Part shown: one piece after another, positions 29,735 to 39,267 of the stretch
Numbering within the stretch: position 1 is the first letter of the stretch
How the letters are laid out: each line of letters starts with the position of its first letter
IMG/VR virus record: IMGVR_UViG_3300042401_002002
DNA: 64,000 nucleotides
Strand: one strand, 5' to 3'
Source of the DNA: a virus
Lineage: Duplodnaviria > Heunggongvirae > Uroviricota > Caudoviricetes
Made by a program: the position numbers and the translations under genes
The notes under the pieces: generated by a model
What the model saw: the letters and a program-made list of their open reading frames with translations, nothing else
Told to the model about the DNA's origin: nothing
Database searches by the model: none

Positions 29735-31462
29735 ATGCTTTCTCTTAATTTACCTATTATACATAACAGTGATACTAATTTTGTCGAAGACAAAATGAAT
29801 CAACACGCTTATGCTTTTAGGTATATGTTTAGAACATTAGATGAATCCGGTAATCGTCAATACGATGATAATATTAAAAATAAATTTAAATTAAATGATA
29901 CTGAATATAGTTCACTTGAAACGGTAGTAAAAACTTTCTTTAAACAGTGTGAAACAAACAATAAAAAGACACAAAAACGTATTAATAATAAGTTAGATGA
30001 AATTGAAGAACTTAAAACCAAACAACAAGACCCTAAAAAGTTTCTAACTAAAAAAGAAAAACGTTCACTTCATAAATTACAAGAACAAGTTGTTTATTTA
30101 AAAGGTGTTCTTAAAAACAAACCTGTTTTTGGTGGTAGAAAGAACCTACAACATTTAACACATTTACATAATCAGTACAATACTTTAGTTAATAATCTAT
30201 CTGTTACAACTGATGAAACTGAAATAATATTACTTGAAAATGAATTAGTCGAACAGTTTGATAAAATTGAAAAACAAAAGAACAAATATGTTACACAGAG
30301 ATTAAGGTCTTTTTATTTGTTGGGCGAAGCCAATCAAAAAGGTAACAGGTTCTTTGACTTTATAAAACTAAATGAAGGTTTGTTGGTTTACAAACCCAAA
30401 CAAGGTACTAAAGTCAACTTAACTGTTAAGGTTTGCAAGAATGAACTTAAACTTGTTAACAAGTTGATTGAGTTATCTCAAACTAAAAACATTAGTTTGT
30501 CTGTTTATTTATCAAACAAAAGTGTTTCAATTGCTTACGATGATGATATTGTTAACGGTTGGACACTTGATGAAACTGAAAAGAAACAAAAGATTAAAGA
30601 AATAAAAGAAACGTATGTTGATAAAGAGTTACAAACAACACTTATAAAAGCTGTTTACAGTGAACACCATAGAAAAGTTGAGCAATTAAAACTAGAAGGT
30701 AAAATTGAAGGACGTTGCGTAGCAATTGATATGAATCCATCTTATATTGGAGTTGCTATCTTAGAACGTGATTATGAGAATGAAGATACAGAAACAGGTA
30801 AACATGCTGTAAAAGTAATACATAAGTTCTGTTATTCTTTAAAGTATTTTATACAAAAGCTTCCTAAGGAAGCAACAGAAGAGGAAAGAGAATACTTACG
30901 TAACAAACAGAAACATGAGATTAAAGAATTAAATCATCATTTGTTTAATGTAGCTAATCATTATAAATGTTCAAGTTTTGTAATGGAAGACTTAAATTTT
31001 AATGAGTCAAAAGAAACATTAAAGAAAGGTAAAGAAGCAAACAGACAAACCAAAAATGTATGGTACAGAGGTCTGTTTACACAGATGATAATGAAGTTAA
31101 CTTCAAAATATGGTATCAAACTTATAGAAGTTGAACCAAGTTATTCTTCATTTATTGGAAATATAATGTACAAGAACTTTGACCCTATCAATTCAGCTAT
31201 TGAGATAGGAAGAAGAGGATTGTATAAGTTTATAAAAAATTGTGCAGGTTTACCACAGATTACCGAAGGTATCTTGAACACCGTGGCTGAAATTCTTTTA
31301 AAGAATGGAGAGGATGTTTCAAAGATGAACAAAATGAGTAAAGTGACGTGGAAAAACTTGTTTAACCTCTTGAAAAAATACAGATGGAGAGGTTCATCGG
31401 ACTTGGTAACAAGTCGATGCAGGATGAGTACTAAAAAGAGTAGAGTTAAGATATTAAGCTGA
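29735..31462 (+). CDS. tnpB: large TnpB-like RNA-guided nuclease (IS200/IS605-related), no transposase adjacent
   Basis: RuvC-I AIDMNPSYIG, RuvC-II FVMEDLNF, EVEPSYSSFIG, RuvC-III DPINSAIEIGRRG. Confidence 0.82.
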   Translation: MLSLNLPIIHNSDTNFVEDKMNQHAYAFRYMFRTLDESGNRQYDDNIKNKFKLNDTEYSSLETVVKTFFKQCETNNKKTQKRINNKLDEIEELKTKQQDPKKFLTKKEKRSLHKLQEQVVYLKGVLKNKPVFGGRKNLQHLTHLHNQYNTLVNNLSVTTDETEIILLENELVEQFDKIEKQKNKYVTQRLRSFYLLGEANQKGNRFFDFIKLNEGLLVYKPKQGTKVNLTVKVCKNELKLVNKLIELSQTKNISLSVYLSNKSVSIAYDDDIVNGWTLDETEKKQKIKEIKETYVDKELQTTLIKAVYSEHHRKVEQLKLEGKIEGRCVAIDMNPSYIGVAILERDYENEDTETGKHAVKVIHKFCYSLKYFIQKLPKEATEEEREYLRNKQKHEIKELNHHLFNVANHYKCSSFVMEDLNFNESKETLKKGKEANRQTKNVWYRGLFTQMIMKLTSKYGIKLIEVEPSYSSFIGNIMYKNFDPINSAIEIGRRGLYKFIKNCAGLPQITEGILNTVAEILLKNGEDVSKMNKMSKVTWKNLFNLLKKYRWRGSSDLVTSRCRMSTKKSRVKILS

Positions 31463-31505
31463 AGAGTTTAATAAAATTCTATTGTTTTTATTACTATATC
31501 TATCT

Positions 31506-31996
31506 GATGACAATCAAATTTTTATAGGTGATAACATGATTAAAGCTGGACATGAATTTATTGAATTAATGCACAGTCGCGGTGCCGTACTTTTAGATAC
31601 GGAAATGGTTTTGGGTTGTCCACATTTAGGTTATACAGGACAACCAGATAAGGTTTGGTTATTTAATAAAAACGGTGAATTGGGTATCATTATCAGCGAT
31701 TACAAAAGTAATAAACCAAAAAACTTTGAATCACATTGGTACACTATTCCTATGTTAAAACCTTTTGAACAATACGATGACACAGCATTAAGTCATTACT
31801 ATTTACAATTACCTTTTTATGTAAGATTGTTATTACAAATGTTAAAAGGTCAAAGTATGAAAATATATCTTTCTTCGGTGGTATCGTCCTTTTACTTAAA
31901 GAAGATGCAACATACAAGGAATATAGAATTCCAAAAGATATTATAACCAAAGTATTTAGTTTAGATATTAAAAATATTCTACAAAACAACATTTAA
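31506..31996 (+). pseudogene. 5'-truncated, frameshifted second PD-(D/E)XK nuclease
   Basis: DTEMVLG...GYTGQPDK...ISDYKSN...HYYLQL; 1-nt frameshift at 31850/31851 continues as SKYENISFFGGIVLLLKED...QNNI*; N-terminal part absent. Confidence 0.7.
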
Positions 31997-32048
31997 GTTT
32001 TAAACTATTTATAAAAAACTTAATAAAGAATTTTAACTTTAAATTATA

Positions 32049-32228
32049 ATGAATAATGACAAATTAAAAGCGTTTTTAAACAATGGTTCAAAAAACGCAC
32101 CAATTATTTCACCTGATAATAAATTTGATAACGAGGAAATTATCGAATCAAGACAAGGTTTAATTGAAAGAGTTGACAGAACTCTAAAAACTAAAGACGG
32201 ACGTATTCTTTTAATGGAACAAAGATAA
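32049..32228 (+). CDS. small late protein (59 aa, not in ORF track)
   Basis: MNNDKLKAF...IERVDRTLKTKDGRILLMEQR*; ACTATTTA at 32004-32011. Confidence 0.7.
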   Translation: MNNDKLKAFLNNGSKNAPIISPDNKFDNEEIIESRQGLIERVDRTLKTKDGRILLMEQR

Positions 32229-32232
32229 TAAA

Positions 32233-33117
32233 ATGGCTAAGATTAGAGAAATATTAATCGAAAACAAAATAACTGAAACTAATTATAGAGTACAGGTAGG
32301 TAAAAAATTTCTTGCATTAAATTCAAAAGAAGAATTAGATAATGTAATGAATGAATCTTTAAATACTGAAAATACTCTAACAGTTAAAAGTTATAACGTT
32401 GATGGTTTTGTTAAAGAAACAAAATACATTAATGAAAATAAGTCATGGGTTGAATTTAAACCAACATTAAATGAAAGTTATGTTGAAAAATTCAAAAGAT
32501 TAGTTGAATATGAAATAAAACCACATGTTTCTTCTTCAACAATTATTGACGAGGATGATGAAGATGTTGTTGAAATACCAGATTCAAAACCTGCTATTGA
32601 ACCATTTGAGGACACTGAAGCTATTAATCAAATCCAAAATACTGAAGCACCTGTTGATATAGTTACAGAATTAACACCTGAACAAAAAGCCAAAGAATTA
32701 GAAGATTTAGCAAAAGTTGATGATATTACACGTATCAAAGAAATTCAGGACCAACAAACACTCGAATTAAACAACATGCTACAAACTGTTGATTTAATCA
32801 AAACTGAAATGTTAAATTTAACCAACAGAACAGCCGACATTCCAGCAATGAAAGCTAATATTGATATTGTTAATAAAAAAGTTAGAGAATTAACACCTTT
32901 AACAACTGAAGAACAATTAACAAAAAATGCTATCATGTCAGGTGGTATGAAAATTGAAGATGTTTGGAATAAATACATTTTAAACAATGAAGTTCAAAGA
33001 GCTGTATTTGATAGTGTTGACGAACAAAAACCTGAACTTGAAAAATATAGTGAAGATGTTCGTAACATTAAAAAATACAACGATAATGATGTTAAAAAAT
33101 CATTTGGTTTAAACTAA
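32233..33117 (+). CDS. putative internal head/prohead protein
   Basis: Acidic, many (L/I/V)xE motifs, late operon. Confidence 0.55.
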   Translation: MAKIREILIENKITETNYRVQVGKKFLALNSKEELDNVMNESLNTENTLTVKSYNVDGFVKETKYINENKSWVEFKPTLNESYVEKFKRLVEYEIKPHVSSSTIIDEDDEDVVEIPDSKPAIEPFEDTEAINQIQNTEAPVDIVTELTPEQKAKELEDLAKVDDITRIKEIQDQQTLELNNMLQTVDLIKTEMLNLTNRTADIPAMKANIDIVNKKVRELTPLTTEEQLTKNAIMSGGMKIEDVWNKYILNNEVQRAVFDSVDEQKPELEKYSEDVRNIKKYNDNDVKKSFGLN

Positions 33118-33142
33118 TAAAATAAAACTCTTTTAAATTAAA

Positions 33143-33931
33143 ATGGAAAATAAAAAACTTATTTTAGAACAAAAAATTACCAAACTAGCTGTTGAACAGT
33201 TAATGGAAAAATACAATGCTGGTCAAATTGATGAAGCTGGATTAGCATCAGCTATTGGTGGTTTAAAAAATTTGGCAGGTAAAGTTGCAAATAAATTTGT
33301 TGACAAAGCTAAAGAAGTTAAACAAGGTTTATCGGATGTTGGAACTGAAATTAAAGATACAGCAAAATATATTGGTAATGATATTAAAACATCAGCGCAA
33401 AATGCCACTAAAGGTGTTGCTGACTCAGTAGGTAATATTAAACAAAATATAGGTAACAATATTGATAAAGCTAAAACAGCTTACAAACAAGGAGCCTTAC
33501 CAGTTCAAAGAAAACAAACTGAACAAGCTTTTGAAACATTTGCTAAAGCACTTAATACTTATAACCAAGAAGCAAGAAAATATAGTGCTGAACCACTTTC
33601 TATTCAAGGTATGTTAAATATATACCGTAGAACTTATCCTAATTTGTTTAAAGAAAGCGAAGAACCTATTTGCAAGACTGAAGTTATAAAAGAATCAGAA
33701 GACAAAGAATCTAAAGACGAAAAATGGATTCAAAATGCTGACATTAAAAAAGGTAAACTTAAAAAAAGATTAGGTTTAGCTGATGATGAAAAACTTACAA
33801 TTAGTAGAGTTAATTCAGAATTAAAACATCTTAAAGCTAAATATAAAGAAGGTGAAAAAATGAGTAAAGAAGATTTAACTTTTGAAAAAGAATTAAATTT
33901 AGCTAAAACTTTATTGAGTTCTAAAAAATAA
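33143..33931 (+). CDS. putative internal head protein
   Basis: LILE, VIKES motifs; amphipathic repeats; C-terminal KWIQ..IKKG.L. Confidence 0.55.
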   Translation: MENKKLILEQKITKLAVEQLMEKYNAGQIDEAGLASAIGGLKNLAGKVANKFVDKAKEVKQGLSDVGTEIKDTAKYIGNDIKTSAQNATKGVADSVGNIKQNIGNNIDKAKTAYKQGALPVQRKQTEQAFETFAKALNTYNQEARKYSAEPLSIQGMLNIYRRTYPNLFKESEEPICKTEVIKESEDKESKDEKWIQNADIKKGKLKKRLGLADDEKLTISRVNSELKHLKAKYKEGEKMSKEDLTFEKELNLAKTLLSSKK

Positions 33932-33954
33932 TATTCTAACATTTACAGTAAATA

Positions 33955-33989
33955 AAAAACCTCTTCCTATTAATTTAAGAAGAGGTTTT
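33955..33989. terminator. bidirectional terminator, AAACCTC-family hairpin
   Basis: AAAACCTCTTC...GAAGAGGTTTT. Confidence 0.78.
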
Positions 33990-34053
33990 ATTTTTTGTTC
34001 ACTTTATTTTTATGTTCACAAAAAGATGAACAATCTTATTTTAATGAACAGTA

Positions 34054-34500
34054 TTAAACAGGATTTTCATCATTACCACCTGTATTGTTGACAATACTTG
34101 ACCATCTACCTTTCCACTCAGCAAAGAATTCTAACACTTTAGAGAAAACAAAAACTAAATCAGTTGTTAAACCCAAAGCAGTTTGTCCATTTGCCAAAGC
34201 TATACTTGGTGAAGGTTCATTTAAATTAAAAATACAAACGTATTCTAAATTATTCAATACAATAGAACATTTAAATACTACATTCAAACCATCCATTGTG
34301 TGACTTTTTCCTGGATAAACTTTAACAATAGCCTTACCTTCAAGTTTATCTTCTAAAGCATCAACGTCTCCCTTAGCATCATCAGCAAATCTAGCTGGTA
34401 ATTCAGCTTCATGTAAATTATACCTTTGTTTATTTTCATTGATATAACGTCTAATTTTAGACATTGTGTTATGTATGTCATCTGATTCTGAGTACCTCAT
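34054..34500 (-). CDS. hypothetical late protein
   Basis: 148 aa. Confidence 0.6.
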   Translation of the reverse strand: MRYSESDDIHNTMSKIRRYINENKQRYNLHEAELPARFADDAKGDVDALEDKLEGKAIVKVYPGKSHTMDGLNVVFKCSIVLNNLEYVCIFNLNEPSPSIALANGQTALGLTTDLVFVFSKVLEFFAEWKGRWSSIVNNTGGNDENPV

Positions 34501-34504
34501 AATA

Positions 34505-35272
34505 TTAATCTATAGTTTGAACAAATCTAGTTCCGTATTTAATACCATCAAAACCTTTTTTAACCGCTTCTTGGTAAATTCTTTTTAAAACATAATTCTC
34601 AAATGTTAATACAGCTCTAGCAGCTTCCATTTTAAAATTATCATAATCAGGGAACCATTTCTTAGCTAAATTTTCAACCGGATTATCACCACACTCCTTA
34701 TCATCAATCTCTAATAAGTTTTCAAACTCAAACTGATAAGCTTTATCATAAGAAGGTTTTTGTTTATCAATCAACAAATTACCTATTTTACTATTAGGTG
34801 TAAATGGTTTATTAGAATATAATGTTAATGTTTTACCATTCTTAGTTTCTTCTTCAGAAGATTCTTGAATATCATCTTCTTGTTTTTCAGTAAAATTATT
34901 ATCTAAATTATTTTCCCAATTATATTTATCCTGTATTTTATTTAAAATTCTAGACGCATCATGTTTATCAGCATAAATTTTAACACAAACAACTTTAGCA
35001 ACTTCAGGTGTTGTTTGAAATGCAAATAATCTATCATGTCCATCCAACACTTCATTATCTTTAGAGATAAATATAGGATTAACAGGTTTTAAATTTAAAA
35101 TACTATCCTTAACACCTCTAACGTTTTCTACATTAACATTATCCGTTAAAGGTTTTAATTCATTAGGGTTAAAATTATCAATTTTATAACCTACTTGACT
35201 ATTATCTAAATTTTTATATATATAATCGTAGTCAGATGTTATTTGTGGTAACCAACTATTTTTAACTGCCAT
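34505..35272 (-). CDS. ParB/sulfiredoxin-like domain protein
   Basis: PIFISKDNEVLDGHDR; likely start MAVKNSW at 35272. Confidence 0.65.
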   Translation of the reverse strand: MAVKNSWLPQITSDYDYIYKNLDNSQVGYKIDNFNPNELKPLTDNVNVENVRGVKDSILNLKPVNPIFISKDNEVLDGHDRLFAFQTTPEVAKVVCVKIYADKHDASRILNKIQDKYNWENNLDNNFTEKQEDDIQESSEEETKNGKTLTLYSNKPFTPNSKIGNLLIDKQKPSYDKAYQFEFENLLEIDDKECGDNPVENLAKKWFPDYDNFKMEAARAVLTFENYVLKRIYQEAVKKGFDGIKYGTRFVQTID

Positions 35273-35279
35273 TTTATGT

Positions 35280-35840
35280 TTATTTTTTGTTTTTAAGTTC
35301 AATTAAAGCGTCCTTAATATAAGTTTTAATATTTTCCTTAATAATTTTATTAACTATCTTTTCAATTCTTTTTTCTGATAAACCCTCATGTATAATAAAA
35401 TCATAAACTGTTTCTTTTATGTATTCTTTTATTTCAGAATCAGACATAGAAGAATTATTTGTTTTTTGCTCTTTTAACAGATTATTATAAACAGGTTCCT
35501 CTATACTTTTAGATATCTCTTTTCTATATGTTTCATATTTAGGTGCAACATCATGTGCCTTAGCTTCAGCTTCAGCCAACGCACCTTTCTTACCACTCAA
35601 TAATGCTGTTATAGCATCCATTGGAACAGGTGCAGCTACTTCATTAAATGTAGCAACTTTAACATTACCATCACCTATAACCTTCTCTATACTCTCTAAC
35701 TGCAAAGCTACATCTTTTTCAGATTTAACTTTATTTTTAACATCAATAGCACCATCAACAGCCACCGCATTTTTAAATAAATTAGCAGCTTCAGGTGTTA
35801 TTTGTCCATTCAAAAAAGCAGATAACGCTTGTTTATTCAT
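35280..35840 (-). CDS. hypothetical late protein
   Basis: 186 aa, late motif upstream. Confidence 0.6.
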   Translation of the reverse strand: MNKQALSAFLNGQITPEAANLFKNAVAVDGAIDVKNKVKSEKDVALQLESIEKVIGDGNVKVATFNEVAAPVPMDAITALLSGKKGALAEAEAKAHDVAPKYETYRKEISKSIEEPVYNNLLKEQKTNNSSMSDSEIKEYIKETVYDFIIHEGLSEKRIEKIVNKIIKENIKTYIKDALIELKNKK

Positions 35841-35880
35841 GATAAAAAATATTTATTTAATTTAAATAGTAAATAAAAAC

Positions 35881-35914
35881 AAAAAACCTCTCCTAATATT
35901 TAAGAGAGGTTTTT
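35881..35914. terminator. AAACCTC-family hairpin terminator
   Basis: AAAACCTCTC-CTAATATTTAA-GAGAGGTTTT. Confidence 0.78.
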
Positions 35915-35915
35915 A

Positions 35916-36170
35916 TTAGTTTTCTGATTCAGTTTTCTTAACAGTTGTATGTCCAAAAAATTTGGCAACTAAAACCAAACCTAATAAAACTTGTTTAACC
36001 CAAGCAGGTACTAAACCTTCCGGTAATGCATTTACATATTCCAAAGTCTCAACAGCACCAGCGGTTAAACCTAAAATAAACGGAATCTTGGTGGTAAACC
36101 ATTTACCAAACTCAGAACTTTCAGCTTGAAACCTTTCAACTAAAGTCATTTCACTTATTTTCTTTTTCAT
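35916..36170 (-). CDS. small membrane protein, holin candidate
   Basis: 84 aa, two hydrophobic segments, charged termini, late motif upstream. Confidence 0.45.
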   Translation of the reverse strand: MKKKISEMTLVERFQAESSEFGKWFTTKIPFILGLTAGAVETLEYVNALPEGLVPAWVKQVLLGLVLVAKFFGHTTVKKTESEN

Positions 36171-36202
36171 AAATATATTTTTAGTAAATAGATAAAAAAT
36201 AA

Positions 36203-36234
36203 TTTGTTTAAATGAAACTTTATTTGTAGATTTG
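36203..36234 (+). promoter_or_regulatory. Bacteroidota-type promoter of early island
   Basis: TTTG-N20-TAGATTTG. Confidence 0.75.
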
Positions 36235-36259
36235 TGCTTGTAAATAGAATGTATAAATT

Positions 36260-36481
36260 ATGTTAATAAATAATAAAGAAGAGTTTGAAGAATTTTATCC
36301 ATATTCAAAAGACCAAATAACAAAATATCCATCTGAATATCCTTGTTTATGTTCATGGTCTCATGAAGGTGGTGGTTTAATGGGTGAATACAAACAAGTA
36401 TGGGTTATTTACTTTCCTAAAAATGTAACAGTAGAAGAAGCTTTTCTATTAGGTATAAAAAAACAATGGTTAGAATTATGA
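36260..36481 (+). CDS. small hypothetical protein
   Basis: First gene of early island. Confidence 0.65.
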   Translation: MLINNKEEFEEFYPYSKDQITKYPSEYPCLCSWSHEGGGLMGEYKQVWVIYFPKNVTVEEAFLLGIKKQWLEL

Positions 36482-36651
36482 AAAATTCAGAACAAGTAGA
36501 ACAATATGCTAATGAATTATTAATGAAAATGTATAGTAATGATAAAGCATTATTAGCAATAAAAGAAATATTGAAATTTTCCGATAATAAACATAAAGAA
36601 TCTCTATTAAAGGTTCAAGAGTTACTTATTAAATGGACTAAACAAAGGTAA
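36478..36651 (+). CDS. small hypothetical protein
   Basis: ATGA overlap with upstream stop. Confidence 0.55.
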   Translation: MKNSEQVEQYANELLMKMYSNDKALLAIKEILKFSDNKHKESLLKVQELLIKWTKQR

Positions 36652-36653
36652 CT

Positions 36654-36827
36654 ATGGAACATTACTATGTGTTTTACAAACATGAAGATGATAATATGTT
36701 TGATAGAACTTGCGGAACAAAAGAATCTGCTGAAGAACGTATTAATATCTTAAAAAATAAATATAATTATAGTGATGCTGAATATTTCTTAAATGAAATT
36801 CCTAAAGATTATATTTATTTTTATTAA
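36654..36827 (+). CDS. small hypothetical protein (57 aa, not in track)
   Basis: MEHYYVFYKHEDDNMFDRTCGTKESAEERI...; tight packing. Confidence 0.6.
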   Translation: MEHYYVFYKHEDDNMFDRTCGTKESAEERINILKNKYNYSDAEYFLNEIPKDYIYFY

Positions 36828-36842
36828 TCAAAACTATTATTT

Positions 36843-37004
36843 ATGAATAAACTAGATGATAAAACAAAGAAACTTATGATTGAGTTTGCTAGACACTGTA
36901 TGATAGAACTCGTATCACAAACTCCGCCTGGTGGTACATTTTCTGAAATTTCTTCACAAAATCTCAGTAAAATTACAAAAATACTTAATGAAAAATTTAA
37001 ATAA
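36843..37004 (+). CDS. small hypothetical protein (53 aa, not in track)
   Basis: MNKLDDKTKKLMIEFARHC...; tight packing. Confidence 0.55.
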   Translation: MNKLDDKTKKLMIEFARHCMIELVSQTPPGGTFSEISSQNLSKITKILNEKFK

Positions 37005-37006
37005 TT

Positions 37007-37210
37007 ATGTGGCGAATAAAATGCAGTAATGGTTTGTATGTAAATAAAACAACGTATGGTACTTGGATAAGTTATTCTAATAAAGGTAAAATATTTACAA
37101 ATGAAAAAATAGCACTAAAGAATCTATCTTTATGTCAAGAATTTGCGAATAAAGATGAAAAACATAACACGCTAACTTACACAATTGAACAAACCTCTCC
37201 TAATAACTAA
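37007..37210 (+). CDS. small hypothetical protein
   Basis: 67 aa; runs into terminator hairpin. Confidence 0.6.
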   Translation: MWRIKCSNGLYVNKTTYGTWISYSNKGKIFTNEKIALKNLSLCQEFANKDEKHNTLTYTIEQTSPNN

Positions 37211-37220
37211 GAGAGGTTTT
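37191..37220. terminator. bidirectional terminator, AAACCTC-family hairpin
   Basis: AAACCTCTC-CTAATAACTAA-GAGAGGTTT. Confidence 0.8.
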
Positions 37221-37226
37221 TATATT

Positions 37227-39050
37227 TTATCTAGATAACTGAGTTCTTTTCTTTAAGTTAAATACAATATCTGAATTAGGGTATTTAATTTCAAACATCC
37301 CATCCATTGGTGAGTATATTGCGTTATCAATCAATTCAATTTCCCTTGTGTCATTATTAACATAAGGTTGCTCAATTTCATTCAATGAATACTGTCCACC
37401 TACTTTGTTATAAACTTTATAATTAATAACATCAATTACACCAACAACAGCATTAAGTTGTTTTAATATAGAACCAATAAAAACATCATTATTCATTTTG
37501 TTGTTATTAATATTAAAGAAATCACTAACAACTTTTTGACAAGCTAATACTATTTGGTTACTTGGAACATTATCTTCTATAAACAAATCAAAAGCAAAAC
37601 CTATATTAATTATCTTACCGTTTCTAACTTCTACATAATCATTTACACTTCTAAATTGTGATAAATATTGCGCAATATTTTCTTCCAAAACAGACGTTGA
37701 TGTATTATCAAGTTTACCTGCACTATCTATACCTAAAATAGAAACAACAACTTTATTATTTTCTTTAAAAACAGCATTTCTAAATGGTACACCGAATTCG
37801 CTTGGCATCTTAAATAATTGAGCAGAATAATCTGACAAAGTAATACATCTATTTTGTGCTGAAAAATTATACGGGATTATATTTCTAACCTCTTCAGTAC
37901 TTGGAGCATCAGCACCACCTAAAGCTGGAATAATATTTGTAACCTTTAATGTTCTTAACACTTTTTGATTAACCTCATCCAAAGGACCATTTAAAGAACT
38001 AAACACAGCACCAACTGATGTTAAAACATTTGAACCTAAATTTGAACCAATACCACCACCTGTTCTATACTTAACCCAAATCTGACTATTAATCGGAGGA
38101 ATTTCACCAAAAGCTGTGTTATTTAAATAACCATCTAAACCATTATAAACACCGCCATTAGTCATTGCTGTATTAAATAAATCATAATCACCATTACCAC
38201 CACCAAATGTTATTTTACATAAACCATTATGTGTAAATTCAGTAATAAATTTTTTAGTTACCTTATCCCAAACACCCGTTTTTAATGAACTATTATTATT
38301 TGAAGCTTTAAAAATTCTATCTTGTAACAAATAATCAACCTCATACCATAACTTAGTTGAATCATAAAAATCGGCATTAACAGGGTCCGGATTAGTTAAA
38401 CCTGGTAATACAATTATTTGGTCAACTTGTATAATATCTGTTTCAGGTAAATTAAAAGATAAAAATGGTTTATAATTACTTGATGTTACTGAACGTGAAA
38501 ATATCCTAGTTATACCATTATAAACAACCTCACTTTTTGTTATATCGTAACTTAAAACTTTTTCATCAGCAGAAATATTAGGTTTTATAGTTCTATTAGG
38601 GAAACCCAAAGCACTTGTATCACTATCAAAATCAACATCACTTCTTAACTCAAAAACTTGTCCACCACCAACAACTTGTGTACCTGCTTTCAATATAGGT
38701 AAATATTTTGAATCATAAGTATCACCCAAAACAGGAACTGTAAATGTAAATGAAACTATTGTAACAGAACCTCTTTTGTTAGGAACCTTTAAACCCATAT
38801 TCTTTGCAATGCTAAAGATAGACCTTCTTTCTTGTGCAAACTCTAATTGTGTTTCCTGAAAACGTCTGTTTATTTGATAATTTAAACTATCACCCAAACC
38901 AGCAATCAACTCAATAAATAAAACACCTAAATCGTTCTCTGTAAAATCAGACAAACTATCAGGATAATACTGTTTAACGTAATTTATTAAATCCTCTCTA
39001 ATAGATAAGAAATCTCTAGAACTATAATTAAGTTGTTTGGATGTAGCCAT
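37227..39050 (-). CDS. baseplate wedge protein (T4 gp6/baseplate J-like)
   Basis: LNYSSRDF.SIR..L, QET...AQERRS...IA..MG, GGAD..S.EE.R, AQNR.IT..DY. Confidence 0.88.
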   Translation of the reverse strand: MATSKQLNYSSRDFLSIREDLINYVKQYYPDSLSDFTENDLGVLFIELIAGLGDSLNYQINRRFQETQLEFAQERRSIFSIAKNMGLKVPNKRGSVTIVSFTFTVPVLGDTYDSKYLPILKAGTQVVGGGQVFELRSDVDFDSDTSALGFPNRTIKPNISADEKVLSYDITKSEVVYNGITRIFSRSVTSSNYKPFLSFNLPETDIIQVDQIIVLPGLTNPDPVNADFYDSTKLWYEVDYLLQDRIFKASNNNSSLKTGVWDKVTKKFITEFTHNGLCKITFGGGNGDYDLFNTAMTNGGVYNGLDGYLNNTAFGEIPPINSQIWVKYRTGGGIGSNLGSNVLTSVGAVFSSLNGPLDEVNQKVLRTLKVTNIIPALGGADAPSTEEVRNIIPYNFSAQNRCITLSDYSAQLFKMPSEFGVPFRNAVFKENNKVVVSILGIDSAGKLDNTSTSVLEENIAQYLSQFRSVNDYVEVRNGKIINIGFAFDLFIEDNVPSNQIVLACQKVVSDFFNINNNKMNNDVFIGSILKQLNAVVGVIDVINYKVYNKVGGQYSLNEIEQPYVNNDTREIELIDNAIYSPMDGMFEIKYPNSDIVFNLKKRTQLSR

Positions 39051-39129
39051 TAATGTAAAAATCTTTTTTTATAAATAGCTTGGAACTAAATAAATTATTT
39101 TGTATGTTTGTGTACTTAAATGTTATGTT

Positions 39130-39267
39130 ATGGAAGAAAAACTAGAAAAATTATCAATAGCTGAGTTAAAAATCGTAATTGATGAATCAGAAAAAATGCG
39201 AAAACCTAAACTAAAACAGGTTGCTGAAAAAGTTTTAAAAAATAAAATTAACGAACTGGGTAAATGA
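39130..39267 (+). CDS. small hypothetical protein (45 aa, not in track)
   Basis: MEEKLEKLSIAELK...; TTGG-N19-TATGTTTG at 39080-39110; ATGA overlap with next gene. Confidence 0.6.
   Translation: MEEKLEKLSIAELKIVIDESEKMRKPKLKQVAEKVLKNKINELGK

Noticed and set aside
29735-31462. CRISPR-Cas12-like system
   Set aside because: No repeat-spacer array or cas genes near the nuclease or anywhere in the window.
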